Assembly (NCBI GenBank): GCA_949295325.1
Contig: CASFKG010000001.1
Coordinates: 174,779-238,778, forward strand
Length of the DNA stretch: 64,000 bases
Reading direction: 5' to 3'
Source: an uncultured bacterium
GTDB lineage: Bacteria > Bacillota_I > Bacilli_A > RFN20 > CAG-826
Shown here: positions 6,801-15,718 of the stretch, piece by piece
Numbering within the stretch: the first letter of the stretch is position 1
Layout: the number at the start of each line of letters is the position of its first letter
The notes under the pieces: model-generated
Database searches by the model: none
What the model saw: the letters and a program-made list of their open reading frames with translations, nothing else
Told to the model about the DNA's origin: nothing
Translations under genes and position numbers: made by a program

Positions 6801-9667
6801 TCGAGGAAGACGTCGCTTCCGAGTTTGTCGACCAACAGGTTTTCGGAGCCGGAAAGGATATTGGTGATGTCCACGAACAAAGAGGCGTTCTTCCTGGTCG
6901 TGTATAGGCCGGGGAGTTTCCTCAGGCAGTTGTAGAGGTCGAGGGCAATCTCCCTGTCGAGTTCCACCAAGGGCTTTATGGCCTTGGGGAGGGCTTCCCT
7001 GTCCAGCAGGGAATAATCCCTTTTCTGATATGGCACGAAGGGGTTTTCGAGATAGCCGCGGTTAAGATTGGAATAAGCAGCGACCTTCTCTATGGCCTTC
7101 ACGGTCTCCTCGTATTTTTCCTTGGTTAGCCCCCGGACGTACTCCTCGTCCACTTCGAAGAGGCCCTTTCCGTCCAGGCTCGAAAGATAAAGGAGGATCG
7201 CATCGTAAATCGAAACGAAATACCCTTCCGGCGTGTGGAGCCTTTCGAGCAACGAGTTGAGTTTTGCGCGTTTCTCCTCGAGGAGATTCGATTTCCCCGC
7301 GTAATCTTCGGCGCCTTTGAGGGGCCCGAGGTCGAGAAGAGAAGAAATCGACTTGAGCACCTCGGATTTGCTGGTTTTCACGCTGGAAAGCTGCAGGCAG
7401 AAACGTCCCAGCCCCAGTTCGTCGAGGCGGTTTTTCACCACGTCCAGGGCCACTTCCTTTTCGGCGACGAAAAGCACCGACTTCCCGTGGAAGAGGAAAT
7501 TCACGATCATGTTCGCGATGGTCTGGCTCTTCCCGGTTCCCGGCGGACCGTCCATGATGAATGACTCCCCGTTGAGGGCATCGCTTATGGCCTTTATCTG
7601 GCTCGAATCCGCCGGCAAGGGAAGCGCGAGGTCGCCCGGACGGATCTTCTCGTCGATTTCTCTCTGCTCGACCAAGCCGGTTTTCTCTTCCCACTTCTTC
7701 TCGCCCGAAACGAAGGAAGCGATGAAGGGGTTTGCGAGCAGTTCCTTCTTCCTGGTCCTAAGATCGTTCCACATGACGAAGTGGGCAAAGCCGAACAACC
7801 CGGCGGTTGAAACGTTTTCGTAAAGCATCCACCCCTTCTTCTGGCTTATCTTTTCGCGGATGAAGTTGTAGATGAGCCGCAAATCCGGCAAACCGTCGTC
7901 CCGGGTCCGCATGCTGCCCGAAATCGGCGTGAAATCCATCCCGAAGGCCTCGCGGAGGTATTCGAATAAGGTGGTGTTCAGGCCCAGTTCGTCGAGGTCG
8001 TAGGAAAAGGAGTAATAGTTGGCGCTTTTGCGGCGGGGAAGCGAAATCGGCAGCAGGAATACCGGCGCGTACATGGCGCCCTTGCCGACCGAGGCCGCGT
8101 GCTCGTTGTCGAACCACTTGAGCATGCCGAGGGTGAGGAAAAGCGGATTGGAGCCCGATTCTTCGAGGGCGGTATTGGCTTTCCGGGTAAGCGATTTGAA
8201 ATAGCTTTCGACGTCGCCGGATTTCACGGTCGCGAGTATCTGCCCTTTCTTATAGGCTTCCTCGGAAAGCTTCCCGTATGCCTGGGGGGAGAAGGTCAGT
8301 ATCTTCTCTGCGTCGATTACGTTCATCGCCCCGAACTGCAGGGGGACGACCGACATCCTGTTGCGGGCGGAGAGTTCCTTGACCATCGCTTCGGCATCGG
8401 GGACCACGAACTGGACGAGGCCGCTGCCGAAGCGGAGGTTTATGAGTCGGTTGCCGAGATTGAGGTCGAGAAGCTTCTCGAGCCAGTGGTCGAAACGGTT
8501 TTTGTCCCCCCGGTCGTCGCCGGAGATGTACCTTCTGGCCGATTCATCGACTTTCGGCGTGCCGTAGTCGTCTTCTATTTCGAAACTCGGCAGGTCGACT
8601 TTGACTTCCTCTTTGACCTTGTGGGGAGTCGGTATCGGGAGCAGATGCTCCTTCCGGCACATGTTGATGTCGAGGGCGTAGCGGAACCTCGCTTCCACCG
8701 ACAAAGTCGCATAGCCTTCCGAGACCGCCTGGTCGAACGGGGCTATGTAGGAAGAATGGGCCATCGTCACGTCGATGACGGAAAGGTGTTCGAAACCCTT
8801 GGAGGCCGCGGTTACGAGATAGGATCCGTTTTCCTCGTAGGGGGCGGCGCTGGAATCTTCGTCGAGCCAGACCCCGACCATGGCATGGCTTCTCAGCACG
8901 ATTATCAGCGGCCTAAGTCCGATCGATTCGCACATCGAGGCGTAAAGGAGCGAGAAATCGAGGCAGGTAGCCACTTTCTGCGTCAATACCTGATAGGGAA
9001 GGCGTACCCTTTGGAAGGTTTTTTCGAACGAGGTCGGCGGATTGCTGTACCTTATCCCCTGCTTTTCCAAAGCCCTATACAAGGCGTCGAGTTCCTCGTA
9101 GACCATGTTCGGGTCGTGGTACTGGTAGCCGTAAAAACCGTCCCTTCCGGTCTTTTCCCTAAGTTCCTCCGCGGCGGCGGCGACTATCTTCCTTACTTCG
9201 TCGTCGTTTGGGGTCACGAAACTCGCGAGTATTTCCGGAATCCGCATCTCGGAGGCCGACTCCTCGATCGGCATCAGTTTGAGGCCGTAGGCCTTGCTCG
9301 AAAGGACATTCCCCCCGGCATCGACTATTTCGAAGCTCAGGGTTTCTTCCACCGCCTCGCTAAGGGAATAGAGTTCTAGTGCCTTAACGAATATCGAAAA
9401 GGAAGCGATGAGGGTCTTCTTCCCCTGCTCCAGCAAGGACAGGTGGACCGGGGCGATTTCGATGCCGGGAAAGGAGGACGATATAAGCAAATCGACTTCC
9501 CTTATATCGACCGCGGATTTGTTTTCGACGGTTACCGACCTGAGGAAGGAAAAGGCGTTCTGCCGGTTATTCCCGGAGACGCGCTTCAGTTCCATTTCGG
9601 CCTGGTAGTTTACATATGTAAACTCCTTTAGTCCTTCGATGGTGATGCTAAGGGAGTTTTCGGCCAT
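3824..9667 (-). CDS. giant multidomain protein: N-terminal transglutaminase-like core, DUF4011-like region, SF1 (Upf1/AAA_11-AAA_12 type) helicase, Vsr/DUF559-type REase-like domain, DUF3320-like C-terminus
   Basis: Uninterrupted 1,947-aa ORF. Motifs: KVATCLDFS / RSHAMVGVW / SVIDVT; FDHWLEKLLDLNLGNRLINLRFG; DGPPGTGKSQT; VIFDEASQ; VIAGDQQQMPP; WHYRSRHESLI; VVTFNEAQ; VQGDERDVILFS; LNVAVTRAREEM; RLDLAV..ILLDGPSY..RFWS. Confidence 0.9.
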   Translation of the reverse strand: MAENSLSITIEGLKEFTYVNYQAEMELKRVSGNNRQNAFSFLRSVTVENKSAVDIREVDLLISSSFPGIEIAPVHLSLLEQGKKTLIASFSIFVKALELYSLSEAVEETLSFEIVDAGGNVLSSKAYGLKLMPIEESASEMRIPEILASFVTPNDDEVRKIVAAAAEELREKTGRDGFYGYQYHDPNMVYEELDALYRALEKQGIRYSNPPTSFEKTFQRVRLPYQVLTQKVATCLDFSLLYASMCESIGLRPLIIVLRSHAMVGVWLDEDSSAAPYEENGSYLVTAASKGFEHLSVIDVTMAHSSYIAPFDQAVSEGYATLSVEARFRYALDINMCRKEHLLPIPTPHKVKEEVKVDLPSFEIEDDYGTPKVDESARRYISGDDRGDKNRFDHWLEKLLDLNLGNRLINLRFGSGLVQFVVPDAEAMVKELSARNRMSVVPLQFGAMNVIDAEKILTFSPQAYGKLSEEAYKKGQILATVKSGDVESYFKSLTRKANTALEESGSNPLFLTLGMLKWFDNEHAASVGKGAMYAPVFLLPISLPRRKSANYYSFSYDLDELGLNTTLFEYLREAFGMDFTPISGSMRTRDDGLPDLRLIYNFIREKISQKKGWMLYENVSTAGLFGFAHFVMWNDLRTRKKELLANPFIASFVSGEKKWEEKTGLVEQREIDEKIRPGDLALPLPADSSQIKAISDALNGESFIMDGPPGTGKSQTIANMIVNFLFHGKSVLFVAEKEVALDVVKNRLDELGLGRFCLQLSSVKTSKSEVLKSISSLLDLGPLKGAEDYAGKSNLLEEKRAKLNSLLERLHTPEGYFVSIYDAILLYLSSLDGKGLFEVDEEYVRGLTKEKYEETVKAIEKVAAYSNLNRGYLENPFVPYQKRDYSLLDREALPKAIKPLVELDREIALDLYNCLRKLPGLYTTRKNASLFVDITNILSGSENLLVDKLGSDVFLDAEDTLRKYLKLNKEICALKNGLARDFEPQVYSVDIEELASLKEEYAASSVFKRGKSLRTIQTTLKEYYFGKGKPGKKLVLSTVEALRCIDSLQKQAENLGSYPRYVFQSLPGEAGAYEAVEKGYEDSIKLGKLLREMDASKNVDFDRIADVLAKAGGDYAKVYEQNDRKLRRHLSERSFIKTQLKANLGFDLDRYPDEREYFKKEAQKVSSLIANEGLLGGWVKFLGVLDEAKSICPNGLVEAYQEGLIEGRLLEDAYVNALCYKAVAYASKDQGVETLSGEEVLKFIEGYGADLKELEWLSVVETASRITSSYPLISENLAATTEVYQLKKLARNGGRGVSLRNIFVTYGGLIHKLCPCFLMSPLSVAQFLQEGDRFDAVIFDEASQIPTSEAVGAISRGNSLVIAGDQQQMPPSNYFAANVSGSIEGGDYFHSLDEDLESLLDDAIVMGLKRNRLNWHYRSRHESLIAYSNNQFYGNSLLTFPSPEKERQSVSFRYVKGRYEKGRGVNRDEAKAVVNEIVRRLKDPEKRKLSIGVVTFNEAQQNLIMDLLEKEEAKLRGLDPNPGGESIFVKNLENVQGDERDVILFSVTYGPDPKTGNLSLNFGPLSRDKGERRLNVAVTRAREEMIVFSSILPAMIQAERAKNEGARYLRDFLSFASEGTSYLPNLQGNAVYERRDSVAKYLAEDLRKLGYSVVTDLGTSVFRLDLAVNDPDDPEKYSLGILLDGPSYVDTPTSRDRNLVQPSILKGLRWRLMRFWSIEYFDHPDQVVRAIVAKINEPVDPDEFGSATGGPVTFARKEITLYPNQIPYDYADMNLPSASAEEVRVFEGVKRLIDREGPISRRMVMEKVKEAVGQKRLGAKFRSEVELALGDTPKVTEICGSEPFYYPSGFVPESWPYYRVEKIGKDDAKKRRDLTDISYIELSNAFSDIIFAQGRMSADDLVKQTALMFGVETISDKRKKYVKAALKAAIDNRHGLKMDDDGFVYVS

Positions 9668-9708
9668 GGGAGAATTATATCCTAAGGGAAGTGTTCGGGC
9701 AGGAGAAA

Positions 9709-10551
9709 CTAGTCGGAAGAGAGTTTTCCCAAAAGCTTCAGGAAATCGGATTTCTTCTTTTCGCTAGAGAAGTCGAACACGATGTGGGTGACCCCTTCTT
9801 CGATGGAAAGGGCCCCGACCGACCGGGCGAGCCTCCCCAGATCGTTCAGTTCTTCCCCGGGGTTGAGGAGGGACTTGGCCCTTTCCTCGGTTTCGCGGAC
9901 GGATAGGCCCCTCCCGGCGGCCATCTCCGCGAGGTCGAGGCAGTCGTTATAGGCTAGAGGCACGAGGCTTCTGGCATGCCCGTAGGTCAATTTCCCGTCG
10001 GCGATCATCCTGAGGACCGGTTCGGGAAGCTTCAGCAGCCTGAGGATGTTGGTAACCTGCGACCTAGAAGCATGGCTAAGGGAAGAGAGGGTCTGCTGGG
10101 AATAGCCGAATTCCCGGCTCAAGGCCTGGTAGACGAGAGCCATTTCCACGACGTTGGAGTCCTTTTGGTCGCGGATATCGGCGAGAAGCATGAGAAGCGT
10201 TTCCTCGTCGTCTTTTTCCGTGATCACGCAGGGAACCTCGCTTAGGCCGGCGAGCCTGGCGCCGTAATAGCGCTTCCTTCCGAGTATCAACTCGTAGCGT
10301 CCGTAGCTTGGCCTAACCACCAGCGGGTTGTACAGCCCCCTTTCGGAAATACCCTTTGCGAAGTGTTCGGTCGAGCTTTTGCTGGGTCTGACCGACCTCA
10401 CGACTTTGTTGTCGTCGATGGAAGATAACGGCAGAAGGCGGCCTCCGTCGTTCTGGTATTCCTTTTCCAGCTCCGCGATTACGTCGTTGCGGGCGAACTT
10501 CCTCATTAATGAGGAAAGTGACGGATTCCGCTTCGCTTTAGTTTCCTTCAT
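9709..10551 (-). CDS. parB: chromosome partitioning protein ParB/Spo0J
   Basis: ParB N-terminal box LILGRKRYYGARLAGLSEVPCVI and HTH region. 14-nt overlap with parA. Confidence 0.9.
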   Translation of the reverse strand: MKETKAKRNPSLSSLMRKFARNDVIAELEKEYQNDGGRLLPLSSIDDNKVVRSVRPSKSSTEHFAKGISERGLYNPLVVRPSYGRYELILGRKRYYGARLAGLSEVPCVITEKDDEETLLMLLADIRDQKDSNVVEMALVYQALSREFGYSQQTLSSLSHASRSQVTNILRLLKLPEPVLRMIADGKLTYGHARSLVPLAYNDCLDLAEMAAGRGLSVRETEERAKSLLNPGEELNDLGRLARSVGALSIEEGVTHIVFDFSSEKKKSDFLKLLGKLSSD

Positions 10552-11305
10552 GCTCGATTACTTCCCTAGCCAAGGCAAAATAGGCCAACGACCCTTGGGC
10601 ACTCGGCCTCCAGTTGGTCACGGGTTCACCGCGCATGACCGCTTCGGCGACCGAAATGTTCCGCGGGACTATAGCGGCAAAGGTCGTTTCCTTGAACATG
10701 GATTTGATTTCCTGCATGACTTCGATCCCGAGTTTCGTGCGCGGGTCGAACATGGTAAGCAGAAGCCCTTCGATCCGAAGAGACGCGTTGTAGCTCCTCT
10801 GTATTTGGGCAATCGAAGACAAAATGGCGGCCACCGCTTCCATCGCGAAGTACTCGCATTGGACCGGGATTATGACCGAATCGGCGGCAACCAAGGCGTT
10901 GATGTTGAGCAACCCCAGCGAAGGGGGACAGTCCAGAATGAAATAGTCGAAGTCGTTCCTAAAGGGCTCGATGGCTTCCCTTAGCCTCGAAAAAGGTGCG
11001 GCATCGCCATATGACTTGGGGTCGTAGGAGGCGAGGCGCAGATTGCTCGGGACGATATAGACGCCGCTGTTCTTGTCCAGTATCGCCAACCCGTCAAGGC
11101 CTTTCTCTTTGCTAAGCAATTCGAAGGTCGTAGCCTCGATGCCGGTAACGTCTAGGCCATAGGATCTGCCCGCGTTGCCCTGGGGATCCATGTCGATTAA
11201 GCATACCTTCTTGCCCAGTTTCGAAAGGGCGCAGGAAAGGTTTACGGCAGTCGTGGTCTTCCCGACTCCGCCTTTTTGGTTGGCGATGGCGATGCAGCGG
11301 CTCAT
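10538..11305 (-). CDS. parA: chromosome partitioning ATPase ParA/Soj
   Basis: Deviant Walker A IAIANQKGGVGKTTTAVNL, DMDPQGN, and a typical 255-aa length. Confidence 0.95.
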   Translation of the reverse strand: MSRCIAIANQKGGVGKTTTAVNLSCALSKLGKKVCLIDMDPQGNAGRSYGLDVTGIEATTFELLSKEKGLDGLAILDKNSGVYIVPSNLRLASYDPKSYGDAAPFSRLREAIEPFRNDFDYFILDCPPSLGLLNINALVAADSVIIPVQCEYFAMEAVAAILSSIAQIQRSYNASLRIEGLLLTMFDPRTKLGIEVMQEIKSMFKETTFAAIVPRNISVAEAVMRGEPVTNWRPSAQGSLAYFALAREVIEHEGN

Positions 11306-11338
11306 ATATCGCTAATTATCCGCGTCTATCCCGAAACC

Positions 11339-12019
11339 CTAAAGGGGCTTCGAAGAAATTTCGCTATAGGGGCGCGGGTAGCGAGCGGGCGTCTTCCTTT
11401 CCTTATATGCGAGGGAAATGAATCTCGTTCCCGCGTTTTCGGGCAGTTCCTCTTTGTGGGTCTCCCCTTCTTTCAATCCGAGTACCTTGATTGCATGGCA
11501 GGCTTTGGCCAAATCGTCGTCCCCTCCATGGCCCCTCATCGAAATAAAGCAACCGCCTACCCGGAGTAACGGCGCGGCGATTTCAAGTAACGAATTCAAG
11601 GAGCCGACGGCCCGGGCGGTAACGAAGTCGTAGCTCTCTCTGTCCAGGAGGTCTTCGGCCCTTTTCAAAATGACCTTGGCATTGTTAAGCCGAAGTTCCC
11701 CGATGGCATGATTTAGAAAGCGGGCTTTCTTTCCGTTGCTCTCGACAAGGCTGACTTGGGCGCTTGGGACGGCAATGGCAAATACCAGCCCGGGGAAACC
11801 GGCACCTGATCCGATATCAAGTACGCGGCTATTGGAAATATCGACGTATTTTAAAGGCAATAGGCAATCGTAAACGTGTTTGATAACACCCTCGCCAAAA
11901 TCGCGGATGGCGGTTAGATTGGTCACCTGATTGGCTTCCAGCACCAATTCCAGATGTCTCTTCAAAAGATCCACGCGTTCGGCCTTGGGAAATATGGAAG
12001 CGATGTCTTCAAAATTCAT
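11339..12019 (-). CDS. rsmG: 16S rRNA m7G527 methyltransferase RsmG (GidB)
   Basis: SAM motif VLDIGSGAGFPGLVFAI. The ATG at 12019 forms an ATGA overlap with the mnmG stop. The longer ORF start at 12058 is rejected. Confidence 0.9.
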   Translation of the reverse strand: MNFEDIASIFPKAERVDLLKRHLELVLEANQVTNLTAIRDFGEGVIKHVYDCLLPLKYVDISNSRVLDIGSGAGFPGLVFAIAVPSAQVSLVESNGKKARFLNHAIGELRLNNAKVILKRAEDLLDRESYDFVTARAVGSLNSLLEIAAPLLRVGGCFISMRGHGGDDDLAKACHAIKVLGLKEGETHKEELPENAGTRFISLAYKERKTPARYPRPYSEISSKPL

Positions 12020-13884
12020 TTTCCTATTTTCTTTATATATAGAAGGAGGGCCGCGCAATCGGCGGGATTGACGCCCGGGATGCGTTCTGCCTGGCCCAGG
12101 GTGAACGGCCTGACGGCCTTAAGCTTTTCCCTCGCCTCGAGGCGCAGGCCTTGTATAGAAGCATAATCGATATCCTTTGGCAGGGCTACGGCTTCGGACT
12201 TCCTCAGGCGTTCGGCGTCTTCTTTGGCCATTCTTATATAGCCTTCGTATTTGGTTTCGGTCTCGAGTTCCCTAAGCGTGTTGTGCCTTGCCCCGAGACT
12301 ATCGAGCGCTGGAATTTCCTTTTGAATATTAAAGATTGAAATGCCCGGTCGCTTTAAAAGTACATTGGCCCGAAAGCCTTTTTCCGATTTCGGATAACCG
12401 GCGGCATCTAAGATGCGGTTAAGGCCCGCGCCCGGAGAAATGGTGGACTTGGACAAGATGTCCTTGGCTTTGGCGAAGTCTTCCGCGTCCTTTTGGAAGC
12501 GGGCTTTCCTCTTTTCGGAAGCCAGGCCTATATCGATGGCAATCGGGGTAAGCCTTCTATCGGCGTTGTCGTGTCTCAAAAGCAGACGGTATTCGGCCCG
12601 GCTGGAAAGAAGGCGGTAAGGCTCTTGGGTTCCCTTGCTCACGAGGTCGTCGATCATTACTCCGATATAGCTTTGGTCACGTCTTAGGACAACCGGGGGC
12701 CGGCCGTCCATTGCCCGGCAGGCGTTTATCCCGGCCATCAAGCCGAGCCCGGCGGCTTCCTCGTAGCCGGAGGTGCCCAAAATCTGTCCGGCTCCATACA
12801 AGCCGTCATATGCCTTGAATTTAAGGGAAGCATCGAACTGGAAAGGACTTATGGCATCGTACTCTATCTGATAGGCGTACTTGAGTATCTTCGCCTCTTC
12901 TAGGCCGGGTAGGGAATGGACGAGCCGTTCCTGGATCTCACGGGGGAAAGCCGTCGAGAAACCTTGTAGGTAAATCGAATTCCCGTCTCGGGTTTCCGGC
13001 TCGAGGAACAACTGATGTCGTTCTTTGTCGCCAAAGCGCATTACCTTGCTTTCGATTGAAGGGCAATAGCGCGGTCCAACGGCCGTAATGGATCCGTTAT
13101 ATAGTGCGGACTCCTCGATATTTCCGCGAATGATATCCAATGTCTGCGGGGTTGTGTAAATCAAATGGCACGGCAATTGGCCGTCGAGTCCGATATACCT
13201 CTCGGTGAGATACGAGAAACTAAGGTATCCTTCCTCGCCGGGTTCTATTTGTCCTTTCGAAAAGTCGATTGAGTTCTTGTCGATCCTCGGCGGAGTGCCG
13301 GTCTTGAGGCGGAAGGTCGATATTCCCAGGGCCCTGAGGCTTTCGGAGAGACCTACCGAAGCCTTAACGCCGTCCGGGCCCATTTTATAGACTTCCGGCC
13401 CCCGGATAACCCGGGAATCCATGTATGTTCCGGTTGTAACTATAACGGCACGGCAATTTAGTATTTTCCCGCTTTTCAATATGACACCGGACACCCTGGC
13501 GGAATCGTGGATAAAATCAACGGCTTCCTCCTCGAGAACTTCGATGTTTGGCTCTTTGGAAAGGCATTCCTGGACATAGGCGGGGTAGCCGAGTTTGTCC
13601 ACTTGGGCCCTTAGGCACTGTACACCGGGTCCTTTGGCGGTATTGAGCATTTTTATCTGGAGAGGGTCGTGGTCGGCGAAAATGCCCATCATTCCACCGA
13701 GCGCGTCTATTTCCCTAACGACGACTCCTTTGGCGCTTCCCCCGATATGGGGATTGCACGGGGTATTGCCGATCATTTTCCTATCGAGGCTAAGAAGTAT
13801 GACCTTCTTCCCGAGATGGGCGGCCGCAAAGGCCGCCTCTATCCCGGCGTGTCCCCCTCCGATAACTACTACGTCGGCGTCCAT
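12016..13884 (-). CDS. mnmG: tRNA uridine 5-carboxymethylaminomethyl modification enzyme MnmG (GidA)
   Basis: 622 aa. FAD motif VVIGGGHAGIEAA with conserved GidA core and C-terminal domain. Confidence 0.97.
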   Translation of the reverse strand: MDADVVVIGGGHAGIEAAFAAAHLGKKVILLSLDRKMIGNTPCNPHIGGSAKGVVVREIDALGGMMGIFADHDPLQIKMLNTAKGPGVQCLRAQVDKLGYPAYVQECLSKEPNIEVLEEEAVDFIHDSARVSGVILKSGKILNCRAVIVTTGTYMDSRVIRGPEVYKMGPDGVKASVGLSESLRALGISTFRLKTGTPPRIDKNSIDFSKGQIEPGEEGYLSFSYLTERYIGLDGQLPCHLIYTTPQTLDIIRGNIEESALYNGSITAVGPRYCPSIESKVMRFGDKERHQLFLEPETRDGNSIYLQGFSTAFPREIQERLVHSLPGLEEAKILKYAYQIEYDAISPFQFDASLKFKAYDGLYGAGQILGTSGYEEAAGLGLMAGINACRAMDGRPPVVLRRDQSYIGVMIDDLVSKGTQEPYRLLSSRAEYRLLLRHDNADRRLTPIAIDIGLASEKRKARFQKDAEDFAKAKDILSKSTISPGAGLNRILDAAGYPKSEKGFRANVLLKRPGISIFNIQKEIPALDSLGARHNTLRELETETKYEGYIRMAKEDAERLRKSEAVALPKDIDYASIQGLRLEAREKLKAVRPFTLGQAERIPGVNPADCAALLLYIKKIGK

Positions 13885-15278
13885 TAGCCGATCGATCCCG
13901 ACATATCCAGCTTGATAAGCTGGTTCAATTCGACGGCGTATTCCATCGGGAGTTCGCGGCTGAAGGGCTCGATGAATCCCATGACGATCATCTGCGTGGC
14001 ATCCTGTTGGCTTATTCCGCGGCTCATCAGGTAGAAGAGCTGGTCTTCGTTGATACGCGAAACCGTGGCTTCGTGTTCGATGAAGGATTCGTCATTCAGT
14101 ATCTCGTTTTTCGGAAGGGTGTCGCTCCTCGAAATATCGTCCAAAATGAGGGTATCGCATTCGACGTGGGCCTTGGAATTGGTGGCTCCGGGATGGACGC
14201 GGACGGTGCCCCGGTAGTTGGCAACGCCGCCACCATGGACGATGGACTTGCTTATTATGGTGCTCGAAGTATCTTTCCCCAAATGGATCATCCTGGCACC
14301 GGCATCCTGGTACTGGCCTTTATTGGCCACGGCAATCGAAATGCAGGTCCCTTTTGCGCGGTCTCCGGCCAAGATACAGCCGGGGTACTTCATGTTCAAT
14401 TGGCTGCCGATGTTCCCGTCGATCCATTCCATGAGTCCGTCTTCTTCGACATAGGCCCGCTTTGTCACCAGGTTAACGATGTTGTTGCTCCAGTTCTGGA
14501 CGGTGGAATAACGGCAGCGTCCTCCCTTGGCGATGTATATTTCCACGACCGCGGCATGGAGGCTCTCCTTTGAATAAATAGGAGCGGTGCATCCCTCCAC
14601 GTAATGGACGTCGGCACCTTCGTCCACGATTATCAAAGTCCGTTCGAACTGGCCGGTTTTTTCCGAATTGATGCGGAAATAACTCTGCAAAGGCTTGTCG
14701 AGTTTCACGCCTTTCGGGACGTAGATAAAACTTCCCCCCGACCAAACGGCGCCGTTTAAAGCGGTGAACTTGTTGTCCATATAAGGGACGACTTTGCCGA
14801 AATATTTCCGGAACAAATCCGGGCAGGTCTGCAGGGCCATGTCGGTCGAAAGGAAGATGACGCCCTTGCTTTCGACCTCTTCCAGCATGTTGTGGTAAAC
14901 GACCTCGCTTTCGAACTGTGTGGATACGCCGGAAAGGTATTTTTGCTCGGCCTCGGGGATTCCCAGTCTCTCGAAGGTCTTCTTGATTTCGGAGGGCACG
15001 GCATCCCAGGAATTTTCCTCTTCCCTGACGTTGCGTTTGAAATAGGTATAGCTCTGGAAATCGATGTCCTCCAAAGAAGGACCGAACTTGGGAAGAGCCA
15101 TGCTTTCGAAGGCCTTGAGGCTCTTGAGGCGGAATTCCAGCATCCACTCGGGTTCGTGTTTGGCGGCGCTTATCGCCCTGACGACGTTTTCGTTTAGCCC
15201 CTTGCCGGTCGTGTACAGTTCGTCGGCCTTGGTCTTGAAATCGTAGGCGTATTCCCCGTTTGGCTTGTAGCCGCTCAT
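13884..15278 (-). CDS. sufB: Fe-S cluster assembly protein SufB
   Basis: 464 aa with the conserved SufB C-terminal beta-helix region ([21 protein letters not shown]). Last gene of sufCDSUB. Confidence 0.95.
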   Translation of the reverse strand: MSGYKPNGEYAYDFKTKADELYTTGKGLNENVVRAISAAKHEPEWMLEFRLKSLKAFESMALPKFGPSLEDIDFQSYTYFKRNVREEENSWDAVPSEIKKTFERLGIPEAEQKYLSGVSTQFESEVVYHNMLEEVESKGVIFLSTDMALQTCPDLFRKYFGKVVPYMDNKFTALNGAVWSGGSFIYVPKGVKLDKPLQSYFRINSEKTGQFERTLIIVDEGADVHYVEGCTAPIYSKESLHAAVVEIYIAKGGRCRYSTVQNWSNNIVNLVTKRAYVEEDGLMEWIDGNIGSQLNMKYPGCILAGDRAKGTCISIAVANKGQYQDAGARMIHLGKDTSSTIISKSIVHGGGVANYRGTVRVHPGATNSKAHVECDTLILDDISRSDTLPKNEILNDESFIEHEATVSRINEDQLFYLMSRGISQQDATQMIVMGFIEPFSRELPMEYAVELNQLIKLDMSGSIG

Positions 15279-15718
15279 AGCTTCTCCCCTTTTAACATTC
15301 CTTCCATGCTAGTCCATCCCATGGTGGCACAGTGGATACGTCCCGCCTGTTTGCCGGTGTTTTTGAAAGCGCAGGCCTCGCCGAGGTTTTCCGCATCGTA
15401 ATGTTCTTCGCGGATCATGTGCATGAACTGTTCTATCGAATAGAGGGCCTCTTCCTTGTTCTTGCCGATGAGCAAATCACAGAGAATGTCGGTAGAAGCC
15501 TTGGAAATCGTGCAGGCCACGCCGCTGAACATCGCGTCGACTACCTTGCCGCCGGCGTATTTCAAAAACAAATCGAAATCGTCGATGCAGTTGTCGCTGT
15601 CGGCATGAACCTTTTCGTAGCCGGCCAAATCGGCCGGGACCCCGAAGTGCCGCGGATTGGCATAATGGTCCATTATTATTTCCCGCATCATCATCGGGTC
15701 CAAATCAAAAGTAGGCAT
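15275..15718 (-). CDS. sufU: SUF-system NifU/SufU-type sulfur-transfer scaffold protein
   Basis: [21 protein letters not shown] and RIHCATMGW match the SufU cysteine blocks. Confidence 0.9.
   Translation of the reverse strand: MPTFDLDPMMMREIIMDHYANPRHFGVPADLAGYEKVHADSDNCIDDFDLFLKYAGGKVVDAMFSGVACTISKASTDILCDLLIGKNKEEALYSIEQFMHMIREEHYDAENLGEACAFKNTGKQAGRIHCATMGWTSMEGMLKGEKL

Noticed and set aside
3989-9379. Several plus-strand and out-of-frame minus-strand ORFs of 100-426 aa inside the giant helicase gene, for example 8099-9379, 3989-4699, 5060-5704 and 7062-7694.
   Set aside because: The 1,947-aa frame carries a complete, ordered set of helicase and nuclease motifs. The others have biased R/G/P composition and no recognisable domains.
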